Origin: a virus
Taxonomy: Duplodnaviria > Caudoviricetes
IMG/VR virus record: IMGVR_UViG_3300020358_000011
Location: 1-41,886 of that record
Length of the DNA stretch: 41,886 nt
Strand: one strand, 5' to 3'
Positions 35,312-41,886 of the stretch are shown one piece after another. The notes below the pieces were generated by a model. The model worked only from the letters and a program-made list of their open reading frames with translations. It made no database searches and had not been told where the DNA came from. Every line of letters begins with the position of its first letter. Positions within the stretch are counted from its first letter, which is position 1. Made by a program: the position numbers and the translations under genes.

Positions 35312-37167
35312 TACCGCCTCCCGTCCGTACGCATATCAGCGCGGGGAGTACCAAGCCGCCATTCCGTTCCTAACGTGGCGGACGAAATTTTTAATGCTAT
35401 AGACCTCCCTCGCAACCTAAAAAATAGTTGCTCAGTAAACTGTTCTACGGGGGCTGTAGCAGATCGCACTGCCGTGCCTGAATTAGTTTGATCGAACGCA
35501 GTGCCGGGATAATCCCTTGCACTTACTGTAAAAGTAGCTTGTGGGGTAGCTGTAGAATTTCGAAATGTAAGGTCGGGGATAACTCTGGACACAAACATAA
35601 ACTGATCTCCGTCACCAATGTCGATAACGCTGGATTCAATAAAACTACTTATAGGGCTAGGCGGGTTTGTGCTTCCGTCGTTGAGACCGTCTTCGTGAAA
35701 GTATAGGTACCCATCAGTAGAAGCGGCTACAGGCAGATTAGAAAGTGCGCTGTCATGCCATGCAGTGCGGTTGAGAGTCCCATAGTACCAACTGTTTTCA
35801 ATGTAATTGTAGACCACATAACTGTCGTTTGTTTGGCTATTAATAGACGGATAGAACCACCATACCTCGTTAAACTTACTGTTTATACCTGAAGTTATTT
35901 TAGAGACCTGTGCACTGTTCGTATTGTTGAAAATATACTCTTCTATGGGGCAAGGTATAATCTGCACGTTACCATCATATTTGTAAAATACTTCGTCCCC
36001 CATCCAGTACACAGCATCCCCGAAAGCAACGGCGGCGTTTTGAGAAGCGATAGAAGTGTTTGTGGACACCTCAGATAAACCGAAAGTAAACGGAGCCCCA
36101 ATAAACTGCATCGCTGACACAGAACGATCCGTAAAGACTATAACTTGTTGTTTGGTTTGTACCGCTGCGATGATTTCAGAACCAGTACCAATACGTAATT
36201 CTCCAGCGGTGTTAGTTGATGTTGCAGCCCAATCAGTAAAGCTCTCTTGATCCGAGAATCGTATAGTTAAAGGATCAAGATTACCGGGGTCACCCTGCGG
36301 GTCGCAACCAAAGGCGATGACATGGCGGTCACGTTCAGAAACAAGGACAATATTAGCAGCTTGTGGTTGGTTGTTTCCACTTATAGTAGTGATGTTTACT
36401 GCACGGGAAGCAGTCCCCGCAGAAGTATTCCAATAGAAAATACCCCCACCACGTACATTAGAAATAAGGTCTTCCCCAAAATTATCCATAGACCATAAAC
36501 GAAGCTGTGCGCTGGGAATACTAACGTTCGCTGAAGAACCCCATGTCCCACGACTCCAAGCACCTGCGCCCCATCCACTACCAGTAGCAGAAGAGTCCAA
36601 ACCTGTGTTAATCTGATACTTGCCTACTACGGAGCTACCACCGTTACTATTGTCGCCACTAGCAGCCGCTACGGCACTTTCAACTGTATAAGAGTTAGCA
36701 TTTATAACAGAAGTTATCTGATACTCTTTATTTAACACAGTGGCATTGATATTACCCCCAAGGCTGGCAGCTCCTGAAAAAGTAACGAAGTCATTTAAAA
36801 ATGCACCATTGTTTGTGTCCGTCACAGTAATTGTCTTAAAACCATTAGTAGCCGCGAAGGTAACATCCCCCGCAGATGTAGTAGCGCGGAGTGGCGTAAT
36901 ATCTATCGGATCATTACCGTCTAGGACGTATAGCTTTAAGTTAGTACCCGCACTGATAAAGTTAGTACCATTAAGCGCCGTCCAACTATGTATGTCTCTG
37001 CAAGTCCCAAGGAAAGTGCTACTTGTAAACCGCGTCCAACCGCCAATGGTTTCGGGGGACCCCATACGGAAACGTATTTTATCACCGTCACGCCAACCAC
37101 CCTCGTTAGTATAGTCGGTTGTATCCCTTACAATCCCGGGGCGAAACTGAAGTTTTTGTAGTGGCAT
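35311..37167 (-). CDS. tail nozzle/stabilisation protein (beta-propeller-like)
   Basis: 618 aa, beta-rich; IRFSDQE, VYWMG, FNEVWWFYP and RLRGR motifs; located in the tail module. Confidence 0.75.
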   Translation of the reverse strand: MPLQKLQFRPGIVRDTTDYTNEGGWRDGDKIRFRMGSPETIGGWTRFTSSTFLGTCRDIHSWTALNGTNFISAGTNLKLYVLDGNDPIDITPLRATTSAGDVTFAATNGFKTITVTDTNNGAFLNDFVTFSGAASLGGNINATVLNKEYQITSVINANSYTVESAVAAASGDNSNGGSSVVGKYQINTGLDSSATGSGWGAGAWSRGTWGSSANVSIPSAQLRLWSMDNFGEDLISNVRGGGIFYWNTSAGTASRAVNITTISGNNQPQAANIVLVSERDRHVIAFGCDPQGDPGNLDPLTIRFSDQESFTDWAATSTNTAGELRIGTGSEIIAAVQTKQQVIVFTDRSVSAMQFIGAPFTFGLSEVSTNTSIASQNAAVAFGDAVYWMGDEVFYKYDGNVQIIPCPIEEYIFNNTNSAQVSKITSGINSKFNEVWWFYPSINSQTNDSYVVYNYIENSWYYGTLNRTAWHDSALSNLPVAASTDGYLYFHEDGLNDGSTNPPSPISSFIESSVIDIGDGDQFMFVSRVIPDLTFRNSTATPQATFTVSARDYPGTAFDQTNSGTAVRSATAPVEQFTEQLFFRLRGRSIALKISSATLGTEWRLGTPRADMRTDGRR

Positions 37168-37182
37168 TATTAATCTCGTTTC

Positions 37183-38469
37183 TTATTTTTTCAGGCGAAC
37201 ACGGACGTTCCAGCTACTTTTTGTTATGTTACTTTCAGTTCCGTTGGAGGCGTTGAGAATAGTAAAAGCACTACCTATAGCTAGCTTTACTATGTTTGTA
37301 TTGCTTGCGTCTGTAGAAAGCATAAGACCAAACTGAGCGCCACGCATATTAGAGTGTCCTGACATCTGCACAGTGTCATTAACAGCGAAGCCAAGCTCTG
37401 CAGATACACACTTGATTTCCATCTGCATCAAAGACGGGATGTACCCAAGGCTGTGTGTTACAGTTTGTATTGAGTTCCCACTACCTATACTAAGGTAACT
37501 ACTTGTGTAGTCCCAGAAAGGAACAGCTTCTATAGCGGCTTTGACCTTAGCTGGAGACACAATGGTTTCCGTTGTGTTAGTACCTGTTTCCCAAACTGAA
37601 GCAGCTTGGGTTGTGTTGGCCGCCTTAGTGTTTATTTGCGTTTGGACGTTGGAGGTTACACCATCAACGTAATTGATCTCAGCAGTGGTAGCAGTGACGC
37701 CGTCCATGATGTTAAGCTCTGCAGTGGTGGCTGTAACACCGTCCATGATGTTAAGCTCTGCAGTGGTGGCTGTAACGCCGTCGAGAACATTAAACTCAGA
37801 AGTCGTAACACCTGTCGCCCGCAAGTCCTTCGCATAGTTTAAATCTGCAACAACGCCAGTAAACCCGTCTAACTTATTTATCTCAGCCGTGGACGATGTC
37901 ACACCGTCCATTATGTTCAGCTCTGCAGTGGTAGCAGTGACGCCATCCATTATGTTTAACTCTGCAGTGGTGGCTGTAACTCCGTCTAAGATATTAAGTT
38001 CTGCACCCGTTGCAGTGACTGTAGTGCCCGTTACTACTAACGGTCCAAGGTCCAAGGAGCCTGTAATGTCTACAACGGCCGCACCAGAACCCGCCCCGTC
38101 ACAATATATAATTTTGGATGTAGCGGTTAAGACATTTACATTAGCACCAGAACCTTGGGTAAACGTAGCTGTCTGCCCACTATCATTCTTGACGATGTAA
38201 ATGTGTTGCCCGTTGTTTGGAGAAACGGTAATTGTGTTAGTTCCTGAAGGAGAGCCTCCGAGGACCAAAACTTTATAGTGACCATCAGAAGGTGTGCCAT
38301 CAGAGGTGGTAAGTGTATGCGTCGTACCAGAGAGCGTAATTGCACCTACACCGTTAGTCAGGCGGTCTATTATGTTCATGTTATCGTTGATGGTATTACC
38401 CCATGTAGAGGACTGTTCTCCGTTGGCTGGAAGCTCAATGCCACCATTGTCTGTATATGTACTAGGCAT
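37183..38469 (-). CDS. tail fibre protein with 13-aa repeats
   Basis: N-terminal GEQSSTWG..IN.N anchor and TATTAELNIMDGV repeats. Confidence 0.8.
   Translation of the reverse strand: MPSTYTDNGGIELPANGEQSSTWGNTINDNMNIIDRLTNGVGAITLSGTTHTLTTSDGTPSDGHYKVLVLGGSPSGTNTITVSPNNGQHIYIVKNDSGQTATFTQGSGANVNVLTATSKIIYCDGAGSGAAVVDITGSLDLGPLVVTGTTVTATGAELNILDGVTATTAELNIMDGVTATTAELNIMDGVTSSTAEINKLDGFTGVVADLNYAKDLRATGVTTSEFNVLDGVTATTAELNIMDGVTATTAELNIMDGVTATTAEINYVDGVTSNVQTQINTKAANTTQAASVWETGTNTTETIVSPAKVKAAIEAVPFWDYTSSYLSIGSGNSIQTVTHSLGYIPSLMQMEIKCVSAELGFAVNDTVQMSGHSNMRGAQFGLMLSTDASNTNIVKLAIGSAFTILNASNGTESNITKSSWNVRVRLKK
37655..38020 (-). repeat. 39-bp coding tandem repeats (about 8-9 units in two blocks)
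   Basis: CCGTCCATGATGTTAAGCTCTGCAGTGGTGGCTGTAAC-like units. Confidence 0.85.
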
Positions 38470-38478
38470 TGTTTATCC

Positions 38479-39114
38479 TTATGCTGCTATTCTTGTCCAT
38501 ATCGTACCGGGATTAGGTTTAATCCTACCCCATACAAGTGCTTGTCCGGCTGTTCCTATAGCTGATACTCCAGTCGGAATTACCAATGCTGTGGCCACCG
38601 TTATTACAGAGCCTACACTACCTGTAGCAAAAACTCCAGTTACAAGTGCATCTGTGCTTTGAGAGAACGTAACTTGGCCCACTGAACCAGTAGAGCTTAC
38701 GCCTGTAACAGAGAACGTAGCGGTTCCAGAAATAGACACGGTCGAGGTGTTCGTAGTACCCGCAACTCCTGTAGGACTAATAATCGAGACGATTGCAACC
38801 GTAGTACTACCAGCTGAACCAGTGGCGGCAACTCCTGTAACTGCAATGTTGAAGTCTGTAGAGGATACTACTGATCCAACACCACCAACCGCACCAGTTT
38901 GCATACTGGCCGTAGCGCCCGCGCCCGCAGCTGCTACGACACCGTTACTTGATGCGGAGCCTTGTACAGAGCCAAGAGTCAGACCTATCTGATCCCCATT
39001 AACCGAGACAGTACCAATGCCCGTAGTACCAGCAACGCCTGTAGCAACAAATAGCTGCTCTCCACTACCTACATCGGAGAAGGCTGCGGCTGAATATGGG
39101 GAAAAACCTAACAT
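38479..39114 (-). CDS. virion protein with V-T-G-V-x-x-T-G-x-x-G repeats
   Basis: Repeated VTGVAATGSAG / VTGVSSTGSVG / VTGVFATGSVG. Confidence 0.75.
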   Translation of the reverse strand: MLGFSPYSAAAFSDVGSGEQLFVATGVAGTTGIGTVSVNGDQIGLTLGSVQGSASSNGVVAAAGAGATASMQTGAVGGVGSVVSSTDFNIAVTGVAATGSAGSTTVAIVSIISPTGVAGTTNTSTVSISGTATFSVTGVSSTGSVGQVTFSQSTDALVTGVFATGSVGSVITVATALVIPTGVSAIGTAGQALVWGRIKPNPGTIWTRIAA

Positions 39115-39127
39115 TTATACAAACTTC

Positions 39128-39496
39128 CTATCCTAATAAATCAATTATTATCCATTGTTGGTTATCTTCATCCCACATATAATGATTCTCCGTATCTGAT
39201 GGATATTCTAATGGCGCTTCATATTTGCAAGTAGTTTCGTTTAAAATCCACGATGGGCAGACACTTGGAGAAATAAAACCATCTAAAGTTTCATCGTAAG
39301 TATCACCCAAACCAGCATAGTTTTTTCTAAAAGTTTTATTGTAAGAAGTCTGTACCCAGTTTCCACCAAAGAGATTAGTGCAAAAGGCTTTACCAATAGT
39401 CTCTGATTCGTTTCCGTCATCATTAAGTATATCTGAATTATCTACAACAATGACATCAGTAACAATACCATCAACAATTTTTGCAAAGTGTGCCAT
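39128..39496 (-). CDS. tail-fibre-associated small protein
   Basis: MAHFAK..WVQTSYN..FRKNYAG.G.TYD...W.L....Y.AP, directly after the Gly-rich fibre gene. Confidence 0.7.
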   Translation of the reverse strand: MAHFAKIVDGIVTDVIVVDNSDILNDDGNESETIGKAFCTNLFGGNWVQTSYNKTFRKNYAGLGDTYDETLDGFISPSVCPSWILNETTCKYEAPLEYPSDTENHYMWDEDNQQWIIIDLLG

Positions 39497-39507
39497 GATA
39501 CTTCTCC

Positions 39508-40461
39508 TTATTGATATTTATATTTTATAATAACAATACCCGAACCACCGTTTTGTGAAGGACTAGTCCACGCAGAACCGGCGCCGCCGCCAGTATTTCC
39601 TGAGCCAGCAGCAGCCTGACTAAATGAATTACCAGCGCCACCACCACCAGAACCTCCGCCACCACCAGCATCAAAGCCAACACCGCCACCACCACCAGCT
39701 CTTGTTACACTAGAACCAGTAATTGAACTAGATTTACCAGCACCACCAGCACCACCGTAGTTACCACTTCGGTCAGCACCTACAGCATTTGCTCCACCGC
39801 CGCCCCCGCCAGCAAGTCTTTGACCTGCACCGCCTCTGTTACCTTGCCCTGATGTACCGCTACCCCCGCTATAAACTGCACCAGCGCCGTTATCAAAACC
39901 ACCGCCACCTCCAGAACCGCCACTTCTTGAAGATGAACCGGGATATTCACCAGAACCACCACCACCACCAATTGAAGTAATACTGTTAAATGAACTATTT
40001 CCGCCATTGTTACCGCTTACTTGGTAATAATCAGAACTTTTTGCGCCGCCACCACCTACTGAGACTGAGTAGCTAGTTTGGCTAACAGACATACCTGTTG
40101 CCGTCAAGTAACCACCAGCACCAGCACCGCCAATACCAGAACCCCCACCACCACCAGCAACAATTAGGTATTCTACTGTGCTGGAGCCCGCCGCGTTACC
40201 AACGGTAGTAACTTGGAATGTACCAGAACCTGTGAACGTATGTATTTTATAGTCACCACTGGTTGCAACACTTCCGCCAGAAGCGGCGATAAACTGTGCA
40301 TTAGCTTTGCCATACCCCTGAGACATAGCAATTTGACCAGAAGCATCATCAAATAGGGTTCTTACGGCACTGTCATTCATACTTATTTGGGCTGTACCAC
40401 TTAGGCCAAGCTCTACATTAACTTGGTTAAGGGTTATCTGCCCACTGGATGGTAGTGTCAT
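39508..40461 (-). CDS. glycine-rich tail fibre/receptor-binding-type protein
   Basis: KIHTFT.SGTF, VEYLIVAGGGGG, many poly-Gly runs, and GGSGIVII.Y. Confidence 0.8.
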   Translation of the reverse strand: MTLPSSGQITLNQVNVELGLSGTAQISMNDSAVRTLFDDASGQIAMSQGYGKANAQFIAASGGSVATSGDYKIHTFTGSGTFQVTTVGNAAGSSTVEYLIVAGGGGGSGIGGAGAGGYLTATGMSVSQTSYSVSVGGGGAKSSDYYQVSGNNGGNSSFNSITSIGGGGGSGEYPGSSSRSGGSGGGGGFDNGAGAVYSGGSGTSGQGNRGGAGQRLAGGGGGGANAVGADRSGNYGGAGGAGKSSSITGSSVTRAGGGGGVGFDAGGGGGSGGGGAGNSFSQAAAGSGNTGGGAGSAWTSPSQNGGSGIVIIKYKYQ

Positions 40462-40464
40462 ATA

Positions 40465-41886
40465 CTATCTCGCTTTTAGTTCTTCGATTTCAGCTTTTAG
40501 CTCTTTGATTGCTTCGATCATTAATCCATGAAGTTGATCATATTGCACTGTCTTGTATTCAGTCTTATCATCATCACCCATCTTGAGGGGCAATGTGCTT
40601 TCAACGATTGCACTTGGCATTACCTTCTCGACTTCTTGAGCAATAACACCAGCAGACTTCTTGCCATCAGCTAGGTATTCAAATGTGTAACCATTTAGCT
40701 GTGATATTTTGTCTAAGGCATTGTCTATCTTAACAATGTCTTTCTTAAGACGCTCATCAGAGATTGTTGTAGAGTAAGCAATGACGTTGCCATCTGCATG
40801 AACATCACCATCGTTTTCTACTCTCATTCTTTCAGCACCATCTAGGTTAACATTGAAGTAAGTAGTTTCAACACCAATCCAATCGTTACTATCACGACCC
40901 ATGTAGAAAGCCTCACCACGTAAGTCGCCGCCATTGATTGTGCCTGTTACTGTGATACCGCTTGATGTTGTTTCGAGTTTCTTGGCGTTGTCATAGAAAA
41001 GTTGTATATTTCCATTTGCTGTATAAAGTATGGCATTTTCATTATTAGCACCCCTTATGTTTAAATTACCACCGCCGCTATCAATATAATTATGTGACCC
41101 ATCATGGTAAATCTGTAGGTCAGACCCAGCACCGAATATGGCTTTACCACTATCTGGTAGCTTTATATCGTGGTTAAACGTAGCAGTACCAGCGTCAGAC
41201 ATATCTAGGGTTAGGGCTGTGATGCCACTTCCACCATCAGTACCATTAAATTTCATATCTTTATCAGAAATTTGTGAGGCAATAACTACATCACCACTAG
41301 ATTGAAATATTTTAAGATGCTCTGTTCCGCCATCCTTAAATCTAACATCAGCACCATCAGCATCAAGGATGATGTCTCCTGCGGCATCTAGTGTTAAGTC
41401 AGTACCTGTAGTTATACTAAGAGCGTTAGAGGCTATAATACTTGTGTCTACATATAGACTTCTAAACTCATTACCATTCAGACCCAAATCAATACTATTA
41501 GCTGATGTTGGTTGAGCTACACCACTTAATAACAGGTTACCATTAGGAATACTGACATTTTGAGAATTATCTATAGATAAACCGATTGTACCAGTAGTTT
41601 CTAATGTCATAGCTTCTGGACTGGAGCCGTGGTTATATTTTATTTTACCTCTAGCGGAGGCGTTGTCGGAAAATAGTATTTCGCTTGTGCCACCAGCCGA
41701 ACCATTTCCGATTTCAACTTGTGTAGCTGTTACTGAGCTATTAAATGTAGCCGCACCAGCCGCACTCATATCTAGGGTAAGGGCTGTAATTGCTGAACCG
41801 CCATCGTTACCTATAAATTGAATATCTCCATCAGAAACTAAGCTTCTAATTTGTGCAGTGCCACTATCGTTTTGTATCTTTAAAAA
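40465..41886 (-). CDS. tail fibre with C-terminal S74 intramolecular chaperone (5'-truncated by the window)
   Basis: Frame is open to the window end; SDERLKKDI...GVIAQEVE...YDQL..LMIEAIKEL. Confidence 0.9.
   Translation of the reverse strand, partial: FLKIQNDSGTAQIRSLVSDGDIQFIGNDGGSAITALTLDMSAAGAATFNSSVTATQVEIGNGSAGGTSEILFSDNASARGKIKYNHGSSPEAMTLETTGTIGLSIDNSQNVSIPNGNLLLSGVAQPTSANSIDLGLNGNEFRSLYVDTSIIASNALSITTGTDLTLDAAGDIILDADGADVRFKDGGTEHLKIFQSSGDVVIASQISDKDMKFNGTDGGSGITALTLDMSDAGTATFNHDIKLPDSGKAIFGAGSDLQIYHDGSHNYIDSGGGNLNIRGANNENAILYTANGNIQLFYDNAKKLETTSSGITVTGTINGGDLRGEAFYMGRDSNDWIGVETTYFNVNLDGAERMRVENDGDVHADGNVIAYSTTISDERLKKDIVKIDNALDKISQLNGYTFEYLADGKKSAGVIAQEVEKVMPSAIVESTLPLKMGDDDKTEYKTVQYDQLHGLMIEAIKELKAEIEELKAR

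Noticed and set aside
37655-38020. CRISPR array
   Set aside because: The repeats are in-frame 39-bp coding units without unique spacers.

Overview
Partial genome of a tailed dsDNA phage with a podovirus-like layout, probably marine and infecting a Gram-negative host (host not determinable here). Genes are cut at both window edges, and the terminase, portal and capsid genes are absent. There are two convergent arms. The + arm (1-18880) carries early and replication genes: DUF3150-like protein, MoxR-type AAA ATPase, HEXXH-peptidase/vWA protein, VRR-NUC nuclease, dNTP diphosphohydrolase, family A DNA polymerase with Leu at the 762-equivalent position, Cas4-like nuclease, SNF2 helicase, SSB-like proteins and primase-helicase. 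The - arm (18952-41886) carries tail fibres, a tail nozzle, a lysis region, a GNAT and ejected internal proteins. Most notable: (1) a coupled cassette of exported or membrane proteins just upstream of the holin/endolysin, including a pilin-like subunit and a PapD-like chaperone but no usher; (2) a candidate ~60-nt sRNA between the arms, complementary to the ribosome-binding/start regions of several + arm genes; (3) a 15-bp palindrome, GTAGTK-NNN-MACTAC, found seven times and only in the early arm; (4) an R-S-E ADP-ribosyltransferase-like domain inside the 2188-aa internal protein. All family assignments come from reading motifs by eye; no searches were run.
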